Assembly: GCA_024137785.1 (NCBI GenBank)
Contig: JAHRHZ010000271.1
Coordinates: 18,211,151 to 18,275,150, forward strand
Source: Ginglymostoma cirratum
Taxonomy: Eukaryota
Length of the DNA: 64,000 nt
Direction: 5' to 3'
This document shows, in pieces, positions 24,849 through 35,435 of the stretch (its first letter is position 1; every line of letters starts with the position of its first letter). A program made the translations under genes and the position numbers. Below the pieces are notes generated by a model. The model ran no database searches. It had not been told where the DNA came from and saw nothing but the letters and a program-made list of their open reading frames with translations.

Positions 24849-25984
24849 GTAAGCAATTTTGTTTTCCCTAAAAAAAAATCTTTCACTAACAGTGTTTGCT
24901 ATTTTTCTACATTTTTTAAATCTTGCTTTAAGTTTGCTTGGGTAATGTGGCTTTCTCAAGGCCTTGTAAATCTTTTATTACACCTCTAAACGTTTATTTT
25001 CTATTAATCCAGTATCCAGCATAAGTGAAATATGCATTATATATTGCTACCTGTCATAGAAAACCAGATTTCTTTAGATATGAACTTTGTTATCTGTTAT
25101 GCATGTTAAGTCATGTCTGCCACGCTTATTGTCCACCTGGTACAAAACACAAAGAAGACGTGCAAATACCTGTAACATTATCAGAATTGTTATACTTGAA
25201 GTAACAGTAACTAGCAGTTAATTTAAGGCAACTAATTCAATGTGTTCATTCTTCCCTCTGATTTGTTTTATTTTTATCTACTAACTAACTGTTATTCTTA
25301 TTACTTGTAACTGTGTTTAGTTTTTGCGTGCAAAGACTTTTGTTTAAGGTTCATTTACTTGGGGACAAGCTGTACTGAAGAGTATTTTGGTGATGGTATC
25401 AGCAGTGTACGGTGATGATCTTTTGGAAATATGCAGAGTAGGGATATTTTGACTTCAATCAGTATGTAGTTCTGATTTGATGCCAGTACTGCCATTTTCC
25501 ACACTCACACCTGAGCGTGCATTCTGCAGCAGGAAGGAGATAACCTCCCCAACACCCCATATAATATCCCCATCCTCTAATACCAGATTATGGGCACGTC
25601 TCCTTGGCCTACAGCATGCCAAAGAAAAAGAGCAGAGGAGATACCAAGCAGGACAAGCTGCCAGAGAAGGGAGGGGAGAACGACTCCGAGCAAGACGGTT
25701 ATATTATTTGGGGAGTAGTTGTCATTCTGATGCTAAGTGAGGAGCGGTGTGCTAATTATGTGTGATGGAGTAACAGTATCTACATTGAATGCTGCCACTT
25801 TCTGTACCTACATTTGCAGCCTCAGACCAAGGTGAGGGCAACATCGTCAGTATCTGTGAAGGTAACTGTGGCTTTGAATTTTTATACGGGGATTCTTTCC
25901 GTCCAAGAGCAGATAACATACATAACATGCGTGGGGCTGGATAAACACAGCAGGTCAAGCAGCATCATGGGAGCAGGAAAACTT

Positions 25985-26012
25985 GACGTTTCGGGCCTAG
26001 ACCCTTCATCAG
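25985..26012 (-). ncRNA. Minimal type I hammerhead ribozyme motif
   Basis: The minus strand reads CTGATGAAGGGTCTAGGCCCGAAACGTC. Confidence 0.8.
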
Positions 26013-27105
26013 AAATGGGGGCCGCCGCCCCCCAAGAGGGTTCTGAAATAAATAGGGAGAGAGGGGGAGGCGGATAGAAGACGGATAGAAGAGAAGATAG
26101 GTGGAGAGGAGGCAGACAAGTCGAAGAGGCGGGGATGGAGCCAGTAAAGGTGAGTGTAGGTAGGGGGGTAGGGAGGAAATAGGTCAGTCCAGGGAGGACG
26201 GACAGGTCAAGGGGGCGGGATGATGTTAGTAGATAGGAGATGGGGGTGTGGCTTGAGGTGGGAGGAGGGGATAGGTGGGAGGAAGGACAGGTTAGGGAGG
26301 TGGAGATGAGCTGGGCTGGTTTTGGGATGCGGTTGGGGGAGGGGAGATTTTGAAGCTTGTGAAATCCACATTGATACCATTGGGCTGCAGGGTTCCCAGG
26401 CTGAATATGATTTGCTGTTCCTGCAGCCTTCGGGTGGCATCACTGTGGCATTGCAGGAGGCCCAGGATGGACATGTCGTCTGAGGAATGGGAAGGGGAGT
26501 TGAAATGGTTCGCGACTGGGAGGTGCAGTTGTTTGTTGCGAACTGAGCGCAGGTGTTCTGCAAAGCCTCCGCTTGGTTTCCCCAATGTAGAGGAAGCCAC
26601 AACGGATACAGTATACCACATTGGCAGATGTGCAGGTGAACATCTGCCTGATGTGGAAAGTCGTCTTGGGGCCTGGGATTGGGGTGAGGGAGGAGGTGTG
26701 GGGGCAGGTGTAGCACTTCCTGCGGTTGCAGGGAAAAGTGCCGGGTGTGGTGGGGCTGGAGGGGAGTGTGGAGCGGACAAGGGAGTCGCGGAGGGAGTGG
26801 TCCCTCCGGAAGGCAGATAAGGGTGGGGAGGGAAAAATGTCTTTGGTGGTGGGGTCTGATTGCAGATGGCAGAAGTGTCGGAGGATGATGAGTTGGATCC
26901 GGAGGTTGGTGACCTGTCCGTCCTCCCTGGACTGACCTATCTCCTCCCTACCCCCCTACCTACACTCACCTTTACTGGCTCCATCCCCGCCTCTTCGACT
27001 TGTCTGCCTCCTCTTCGCCTATCTTCTCCTCTATCCATCTTCTATCCGCCTCCGCCTCCCCCTCTCTCCCTATTTATTTCAGAACCCTCTTCCCCTCCCC
27101 CATTT

Positions 27106-27133
27106 CTGATGAAGGGTCTAGGCCCGAAACGTC
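27106..27133 (+). ncRNA. Minimal type I hammerhead ribozyme motif (sense to the host gene)
   Basis: CTGATGA A GGG TCTAGG CCC GAAA CG TC, with a short stem I possible between attt (27102-27105) and aagt (27134-27137). Confidence 0.8.
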
Positions 27134-27306
27134 AAGTTTTCCTGCTCCTATGATGCTGCTTGACCTGCTGTGTTCATCCAGCCCCACGTTTGTTATCTCG
27201 GATTCTCCAGCATCTGCAGTACCTTTTATCTCACATACATAACATCTTCACTATTGAATTGTGCATAAGGAAGACCATTGAGATTGTGTATTCATCGAAA
27301 GAGGGG

Positions 27307-27403
27307 TAACAAAAACAGAAATTGCTTGAAAAAATCAACAGGTCTGGTAGCATCTGTGGAGAGAGAACAGTGTTAATGTTTTGGGCCAAGTGAACCTTCT
27401 TCA
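27307..27403 (-). mobile_element. Short, older Penelope pLTR remnant (second subfamily) with a decayed hammerhead
   Basis: Homologous to 28553-28651. The minus strand reads ctgaagaaggttcacttggcccaaaacatt, with the GAAA box mutated. Confidence 0.7.
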
Positions 27404-28189
27404 GGGATGTATTCCATTGCTGTCTTGCGAGAGAGAAGCAGGCAGAGTGAGTATGTGCTTTATCAAAGATGATGAGCTTCGCCATGGTAGAGGGTGCCAC
27501 TGATGGCATGCATATTGCTTTGCAGATACTGCACGTCACTTGTGAGGGAGGGGAATCACTTCTGGTTGTGCTGCATCTCAATGTCCAGAGTATCATGCAG
27601 GTCAGTGCCTGGTTATCCTGGTAGATTGTTGCTGGCCTTATTCTGCAGCATTCCACTGTGTCATCTTTATTGAGTTATCCAGTAAAACCACAGGGTAGTT
27701 ACTGAATGATGAGGGCTGTCCTTTAGTGCCAAAGTTCATGGAACTGATACTAACTTTATACAAGCGTGAGCCTCCGATGAAGTGTGCAACCGCTCAACAA
27801 CACACCTTTTGGTGAATTTATGGAATGCGTGTTATAAATTGTATACTCTGCTTCTACTGAGTATCAGTGGTGGAGGGAGTAGGTGCTTATGAATATAGTG
27901 TCAATCAAGTAGACTGCTTTGTCCTGGATGGTGTCATGCTTCTTGACTGTTGTTGGAGCTGTACCCATCCAGGCAAGTTGGGAGAACTCGATCACACTCC
28001 TGACTTGTGCCTTGTAGATGATGGACAAGCTTTGGGAAGTCAGGAGGTGAGTTACTCACTGTAGTATTCCTAGCCTTTGACCAGCTGTTGTAGCCACTGT
28101 GTTTATATGGTGATTCCAGTTGAGTTTCTGGTCAGTGGTAACCTCAAAGATATGGAGCCATTTTTTTGGGGCCTTGGACAGAAGTGAGA

Positions 28190-30187
28190 GGGGCAATGCT
28201 ACATCTGCCTGTATACATCCCATTTCACCTCGTCCAAGGCACCAAACAATCATTCCAAAACCAGCAGAGTTTCACCTGTATATCTTCTACCCTGGTCTAT
28301 TGCATCCATTGCTCTCAATGTGGTCTCCTCTATAGTGGGGACACCAGGCGCAGACTTGGGGATCGTTTTGTAGAGCATCTATGCTTGGTATGCTCCAATC
28401 AACAACACGTTTGGTTGCCAACTATTTCAACATGCCCTCCCACTCCGTTGGTGAGGTGTCCATCCTGGGCCGCCTCCACTATCAAAATGATACTGGAGGA
28501 GCAACACCTTACATTTTGCCTTGGGAGCTTAGGATCCAATGGCCTCAACATAGAACAAAAACAGAAGTTGCTGGAAAAGCTCAACAGGTCTGGCAGCATC
28601 TGTGAAGAAAAAATCAGAGTTAACATTTCGGGTCCAGTGACCCTTCCTCAGAACTGATGGCAGCTGGGAAAACATCAATTTATGTGCAGAAAATAGGGAG
28701 GGGGTGGGGTAGGGAGTAAATGATAGGATAGAGCCTAAAGAGAGAGAAGAACAGTTGGACAGACAAAGGAATTGATAACAATCCGACTGGGAGGGTGAAT
28801 AGTTGTTAACGGAGACTGTGAATGACTAATAACAGATGGTGTGTAATGGCAGGCTATGTGATAACAAGGCCTGGTGTGTGGGGTAGGGGGCTAGGACATG
28901 GGAGAGTTTAGGCCCTAAAATTATTGAACTCTATATTGAGTCCAGAGGGCTGCAGGGTCCCCAAGCGGAAAATAAGATGTTGTTCTTCCAGTTTGCGTTG
29001 ACCTTCACTGGAACACTGCAGCAAGCTAGAGACAGAGATGTTGGTCAGGGAACAGGGTGGTGTGTTGAAATGGCAGATAGTTCAGGGTCGTACGTGTGAG
29101 CAGAACATAGATGTTCTGCGAAGCGGTTACCGAGTCTATGCTTTACTTCCCCAAAGTATAGGAGACCACATTGTGAGCAGCGAATGCAGTAGATTAGGTT
29201 CTGGGAAGTGCTGGTGAAATTGTTGCTTCACTGGAAGGTATGTTTGGGCCCTTGGATACTGGGAAGGGATGTTGGTGGGATGGTAGGTAAGGACAAGACG
29301 AACCCTATTGCTGTGCGGGAGGCAAGAGGGTCGAGGGCAGACGTGCGGGAGATGGGTCGGACCCGTTGAGGGCCCGCAACAGCGATGGGGTTTGCCTTGT
29401 CCTTACCTACCATCCCACCAGCATCCACATCCAGGAGATCATCAGATGCCATTTCCGCCACCTCCAGCAAGATGCCATCACCAGACACCTATTCCTCCCT
29501 CCCCTCCCTTGTTTGCCTTCCACAGGGACTGTCCCCTCCGGGACACTCTGGTCCATGCTTCCTCCCTCCCCAACACTCCCACCCCCCACAGCCCTATGTC
29601 ACCTTCTCCTGTAACCGGCAAAGGTGCAACACCTGCCCATTTACCTCCTCCCTCCCCAGTATCCAAGGACCCAAACATACCTTCCAGGTGAAGCAACACT
29701 TCACCTGCACTTCCCAGAATCTAATCTACTCCATTCGCTGCTCACAATGTGGTCTCCTCTACATTGAGGAAATGAAGCATAGACTGGGTGACGGCTTCGC
29801 AGAACACCTACGTTCTGCCTGCAAGAAAGACCCTGAACAACCTGCCACTTCAATACACTATCCTGGTCCCTGGCCAACATCTCTGTCTCTGACCTGATAA
29901 AACCTGCCCATCTTCCTTCTCACCTATCCACTCTACCCTTCCCGCTGACCTATCTCAATAACCCTTCTCCTAAATCCACTTATTGCCATCCCAGCTATCT
30001 TACCCCAGCCCCAACCCTCCCTCTATTTATTTCCCAGCTCCTTTTCCCCCCTCCCCAGTACTAATGTAGGGTCCAGACCTGAAACATCGACTTTCCTGCT
30101 CCTATGATGCTGCCTGACCTGCTGTGTTCCTCCAGCTCCATGTTTTATTGATTCTGGCTTCCAGCATCTGCAGTCTTACTAACTCCT
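28190..30187. mobile_element. Cluster of Penelope-like GIY-YIG/pLTR fragments in alternating orientation (+28190-28552, -28553-29366, +29376-30187)
   Basis: Plus ORFs give FTCISSTLVYCIHCSQCGLLYSGDTRRRLGDRFVEHL and FTCTSQNLIYSIRCSQCGLLYIEEMKHRLGDGFAEHLRS. The minus copy is complementary to the right-hand plus copy. Confidence 0.88.
28621..28651 (-). ncRNA. Hammerhead ribozyme motif variant (probably decayed)
   Basis: The minus strand reads CTGAGGA A GGGTC ACTG GACCC GAAA TGTTA. Stem II is intact; stem III carries a probable CpG-decay change. Confidence 0.6.
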
Positions 30188-32139
30188 AACCTCTGAAATT
30201 CAGCTGTTTTGTTCATGTTTGAACCAAGGCTTTAATGATGCCAGGAGCTGAGTAGCCCTGGCAGGACCCAAACTGGGTGTCACTGAGCAGGTTATTGCTT
30301 AACAGGTGCTGCATGGTAGCACAATTGATGACACCTTCCATCACTTTACTGATGATTGAGAGTAGACTGATGGGATGTTATTTGGCTAAGTTTGATTTTT
30401 CCTACATATTGTGTACAGGACGCCATACCTGGGCAACTTTTTCACGTCGGATAGATGCCAATGTTGTAACTGTCCATGGACAGTTTAGCTAGGGCAGTGG
30501 CAAGTTCTGGAGCACAAGTATTCAGTATGTTGCCAGAATGTTGTTTGGAGCCACATCCTTTGAAGTATTCAGAGCTTCCAGCCATTTCTTGATATCATGT
30601 GGAGTGATTTGCATTGGCTAAAGTCTAGCGTCTGTGTTTCTGGGGACCACTGGAGGAGGTCAAGATGGATCCACCTATTGGCACTTCTGGTTGATGATTA
30701 CCACAAACACTTCAGCTGTACCTTTTGCACTGATGTGCTGGGCTTTTCCATCATTAAGGATAGGGATATTTGTGGAGTCTTCCTGTCTAGTGGGTTGTTT
30801 AATTGTGCACCACCATTCCCATCACTGGATGTGGCAGAACTTCAGAGTTTACATCTAATCCGTTGGTTTGGGATAGCTTAGCTCTATCAGTTGCTGCTTA
30901 TGTTGTTTGGCATGCAAATAGTCCTGTTTAATATAGCCATCAGGTTGACACCTCATTTTTAGTATGCGTGGTGCTGTTCCTGACATCCCCCCTGCACACC
31001 CTATTGAACCAGCCTTGAATAGTTGAGTGCAGGATATGTCTGGCCATGAAGTTGCAGATCGGGCTGGAGAACAACTCTGCTCCTGTTGATGACTTACTAT
31101 GCTTCATGGATGCCCAGTCTTGAGTTGCTACACCTGTTTGAAGTCTGTCCCATTTAGCACAATCATACTGCCACATAACACAATGGAGGGTATTCATAAT
31201 GTGCAGGTGGGACATCGTCTCCACAGGGACTGTGCATTGATCACTTCTGTCAATATTGTCATGGATAAATGAATCTGCAGCCAGCAGATTGGTAAGGATG
31301 AGATCAAGAATATTTTCCCTCTTGTTGGTTCCCTCCCCACCTGCCACAAACTCAGTATAGCAGCTGTGTGCTTTAGGACCCAGCCATCTCGATCAGTTTT
31401 GTAATGGAAATGAGCTTACTGTAATAAAAATATACATTTATATAGCATTGTTGAGGTAATAAAACTTATCAAGTTGTTTTGTGGTAGTGCTATAAGAGTG
31501 TGACAAGGGGATATTAGATCAGACGAGTGAAAACTTGCTCAATTAAATATTTTTTAATGAGGACCAGAGAGGAGAAGAGATTTTGTAATTGTTTATTGTA
31601 GGTGATTGAGGCAGAAGAACTTCCTAATTTGGGAGGTTTCAAGAATAGAACGAAAGGAAAATTAAAACTAGTGAAACAGGAGAAATAACTGAGAAAGACC
31701 TCAAACAGGTGCAACTGTTGAAGGTTCGATTTTAACCAAAATAGGTGCTAAATGGGTGCGTTGATAATAAGTCAATATTGTCTTGATTGGCACTCAATTT
31801 TCATTTCAAATTATGCTAATAAGCAATTAAACTTGTCTGAAGGTGCAACATTAGATATTAACAACTTTAGCATTCAAGTATTGATTGAATTTTTTGTGGA
31901 GGAGTATGTGTATATTCCTCACACCCACTTCTATTGAAGATTTGAGATACTTTGGCTGGCAGTGAATGGCATAGTCTAGAATGGCTCAGTAACCAGGTTC
32001 TCCGTGGCACTTTGGGTCTCCTGAAAAAAGACTAGCACAGCACTTATTCTCTGTCAATGAATCTTCCGAGAATGTCCATTATAACTCTTGGTTGAATGCA
32101 TAGTATCTCGGTGAACTATTGCAGAAAGCTTCTCGATGT

Positions 32140-32403
32140 ATTTCAGAGGCCTCCCGGTCTCGAGGTGAGGCCCAATGTGGACTCGTCTGCTTCTGTTTTT
32201 TTTCTCTCTCTATCTACTTTGGAAGGACTGTAATGCTTAACTTTTAACTTTATTTTTCTAATTTATACCTAAGATTTTGTACCTGGGCACCTTTGTACCT
32301 AAGATGGCGCCAAAAACAATGATTTTACACACTTTTCACTGTACTTATGTACCCCGAAACTTGAGTACATGTGACAATAAAACCTTCTTCTAATTCTAAT
32401 TCT
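32140..32403 (+). mobile_element. Non-LTR retroelement 3' end (Rex1/Babar-like tail), also at about 56958-57260 on the minus strand
   Basis: cttttcactgtact...gtacatgtgacaataaa followed by a ttctaa repeat tail. A related reverse-complement tail (ttttattgttacatgta...tacagtgaaaag) lies at 56972-57024. Confidence 0.55.
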
Positions 32404-32511
32404 TCGTCACAACTCCACAGTATTTAACATAAAATGGTGAGTATCCCTTTGTGGTGCTTGACTTGAAATGACTTGTACTTTAAATTTAAATTGACAACAT
32501 TGCCATAGGTT

Positions 32512-32668
32512 TATTTCATTCATTCATGAGATAAGGACATCACAGTCTGGCCCAGCATTTAGTGCCCATCCCTAATTGCCTAATGGGCAGTTAAGAGATA
32601 ACCATTTGCTGTGGGTCTGGAGTCATATGGAGGCTAGACCAGGGAAGGGTGGCAGTTTCCTTTCCTGT
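32512..32668 (-). mobile_element. SacSINE1-like SINE 3' half
   Basis: The family-B tail is joined directly to a Deu-domain segment (gctgtgggtctggagtcatatggaggctagaccagggaagggtggcagtttcctttcc). Confidence 0.7.
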
Positions 32669-33082
32669 TGAATGTGGCCTTTTGAGTTGTTAGAATTTTT
32701 TGGAAAATGTCTGATTTCCCAAGTTTCACTTGCTTCAATTCTATAGGTTCATGGTTGACCCTATTTGGAACATTATGCTCCATTTCATTTATTCTTCCCC
32801 TAAGCTATTACTGAGCTCATCTCGTGCATGAGATCTAATTCCTGCTTCTTTGTCCCATTCTTCTGAAACAAATAATATCTGAACATTCCTTCCTGGCTCC
32901 CTTGCTAGAATAATTGTGATGGTTCAGTCTTCTCAGATGCTGACTCCAACTTTTATAAACTGCCATCTATATCCCTTTCAAAAAACAGCCCTCTGCTTTT
33001 ATGCCATTGTAAACTATTTCTTCATCTCCAATATTGTTTCCTCTTGTCCTTGAATGTGTTGTTATGTCCCTGGTATGGCGAC

Positions 33083-33440
33083 CTTATCAAAGTTTAGAAA
33101 ATAATGAGGGGTATAGATAGTTGTTTTTCTTATCCGCAGAATGGGGGATTTCAAGACCAGGGTGTACATTTTTAAGGTGAGAAGAGAGCAACTTAAAAAT
33201 GACATGAGGTGCAAATTTGTTACTCAGAGGGTGCTTTGCTTGTGAAATGAACTTCCTGAGGAAGTGGTGGATGTGGATACAATTAAATGTTCAAAAATGT
33301 TTGGATAAGTACATGAATGGGAAAGGTTTGGAAGGATATGGGCCAAGAGCAGACAGGTGGGACTAGTTTAGTTTGGAATTATGTTCAGCATGGACTGGTT
33401 GGACAGAAGGGTCTGTTTCTGTGCTGTATGACTTTATAAC
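33083..33440 (+). mobile_element. CR1 (HER1-like) 3' end, inside an old L2-like relic (about 32870-34370)
   Basis: Homologous to 6380-6712 (ggtgggactagtttagtttgg...cagcatggactggttggac). Confidence 0.88.
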
Positions 33441-34899
33441 TTCCTGTGTGAGTCCCAGTTATCAAATTACTGCATCTCTCAGAAGCAAACAGCTCAAGCA
33501 AAATTAAAGTGACATAATGTGAATGTAATGGTATTTCCATGCTTCAACTCCTTGATTTTTCTCATGAGGATGACCATACCATCCACCTTCTAGTATCTAT
33601 TCTGTTGACCAGCTCCATGATGCTTACACATCTGATTATTCACAGCATCTCAAGTAATTGTTTGCTATTCCACTTTCTTACCCAACAACATATTGTCATT
33701 TGATGTTATCTGCAGATATGAGTTCAAACTTCACATGTACACCTGGACAATCAGTTTGATCCTTTTCACCACAATCCTTAATCCCTCTTCCACTCCTGTG
33801 CTACCTCAAGATGTTTGACATCCTGTCTTGGATAATCTACAATTTTTACCAGTTAAACACTGGAATGGTCGATGGGTTGACTTCAGTTGCCACCACAAAT
33901 TCTATAACCCTGTAATCAGTTCCATCCACCCTTCCTGACTACTTCGTCATGAACCACACAACATCCTGTTTCATTACATAGACTGCTACTTACACCTCTG
34001 AATCATTGCGCAACTTAACCCTTACCTCAGCCCATCTGTTGTTGAACCCCTCATCCATTCCTATTTCACTACTGAACTTAATTACTCTGACGCTTTCCTG
34101 TCTGGTTTTCCATCCTCTACCTTCAAAAATTCCAACTCATCCAAAATAATGTCGACATTTCCTATAGTGCACCAAGTTCTGCACACCCTACACATTCTCT
34201 TTTACCCAACTACTGGCAATTGGCCATTCAGCAGCTTACATTCAGTCTTTCTATTTTCCAAACCTGGTTGAAATTCACCTCTCTGATTAAGTTCAATCTC
34301 AACATCTTTTTCTCTTTATGAAACTGTGAATCACCTTTGGTTGTTTTTATACATTGAACGGGCATTATGAATATAGGTTATTTTTAGCTTCTTTTTATAT
34401 AATTGTAGTTGCCAAGTAGCTGCTTTTCAAGTGGACAGTCAATTTTTCCAGCCACAGCTATTTTGTTTTCCAGACCCCTGCACGTACTACGGACAGGGTC
34501 TGGAAAAGCTGAAATCCACACAAATAGTCAACAGTTGGTAACCAATTGTTATATGTATTTGCATTTCTCTATGTTTGCTGCTGGGCTAGATTTGTCTATC
34601 AGCTTTAAATTATTGTCCATTCAAATTGCTGTAGAAGATTTAGCCAAAGCTGAGTAATGGATGGAATGCTGAAAGATATTTCAGGATATAGAAAAATGAA
34701 ACTGAGTTGTGGAATGTGATCCCAAAACACCAATAAATGTCTTAGAATTCTATGTGGAAAAGAAATTCAAGTTGTTAGATTAGCTTTAAAGCAGTAGCCT
34801 TGGCCAAAGGCCTTTATTTGGGCTGTCTTTTTCTGGTTAATGTTGCCTTTTGAGTCAGGCTTTTTGGTATTATGCTGGATTTTCCAAGTTTCATTTTTT

Positions 34900-35435
34900 A
34901 TAAATTCATAGTTGGACCCCATCTGAAGTACCATGCTCAGTTTTGTTCACATCATCTTACAAAGGGCAAATTAAACTTAGAGCACGTGCAACACAGCTTA
35001 TACTGGAATAATATTGGGGCTTACAGAATTAAATTATTAGAACAAAGGATGCTTAAACATAGTTTGTATACCCTTAAGTTTGAAAAATTGTGAGCCGATC
35101 TATTCAGGTGTGTGTAATGTCAAAAAGGATTTAATATCATTGATAGGGAAATGATTTCCTCTGGGGAATTGAGAAGAAGATAACATAATTGAAAGTCAAA
35201 GATATAGTCTTGAAGGATAAATTCTAGAATCTGAGTGTGTCTTGGAACACTGTAGCCCATCCCCTTCCAAATGCTGTGAATTTAATTGGAACTTACTAGA
35301 TTGATAGATGTTGATAAATCTTTGTTGAGTTAGAGTTTTCTTGGTTAAGTTGGGTATATGGAGTTAAAGTGTAGACCAGTCATTATCAAATTGAATGGTA
35401 TCGCAGGCTCACAGGACTAACTGACCTATTTTCTT
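34900..35435 (+). mobile_element. Old, degenerate CR1 3' fragment
   Basis: IVGPHLKYHAQFCS (cf. LVRPHLEYCVQFWS) in ORF 34872-35093, followed by a CR1-like 3' UTR. Confidence 0.65.

Larger units (their letters stand above)
25929..27232 (-). mobile_element. Penelope-like element: 5'-truncated GIY-YIG end and pLTR on the minus strand, followed by an inverted pLTR (26911-27232) on the plus strand
   Basis: Minus ORFs 26440-26643 and 26292-26780 give FTCTSANVVYCIRCGFLYIGETKRRL and FAEHLRSVRNKQLHLPVANHFNSPSHS...LGTLQPNGIN (GIY-YIG endonuclease). There is a 13-bp TSD acatacataacat at 25916-25928 and 27233-27245, and about 280-bp inverted arms. Confidence 0.93.
25590..27800 (+). pseudogene. Decayed PIF/Harbinger (HARBI1-like) DDE transposase, split by two Penelope insertions (pieces 25590-25928, 27233-27306 and about 27404-27800)
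   Basis: Peptides in the expected order: LSEERC, LQPQTKVRATSSVSVKVTVALNFY (cf. Harbinger LPVxVKVTxALNFYASGSFQ), FAMVEGATDGMHIAL (cf. FPxVQGAIDCTHIAL), HLNVQ, ILQHSTV and LLNDEGCPL (cf. WLLGDKGYPL). Multiple stops and frameshifts. Confidence 0.8.
27805..31398 (-). mobile_element. Family-B LINE ORF2 relic (pieces about 27805-28150 and 30188-31398) interrupted by a Penelope cluster
   Basis: Minus ORFs give VTTDQKLNWNHHINTVATTAGQRLGIL (RT C-terminal region) and RENILDLILTN...DRSDQCTV (end of the APE domain). Confidence 0.8.

Noticed and set aside
25616-25765. Frame MPKKKSRGDTKQDKLPEKGGENDSEQDG..., which resembles the HMGN2 N-terminus (MPKRKAEGDAKGDK)
   Set aside because: It lacks the RRSARLSA nucleosome-binding core, and the segment is better explained as an off-frame reading of the Harbinger transposase 5' region.
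33801-33808. Perfect let-7 8-mer site CTACCTCA, relevant to HMGA2 regulation
   Set aside because: It is a single site inside an intronic L2-like relic rather than a 3' UTR, and is expected by chance in 64 kb.
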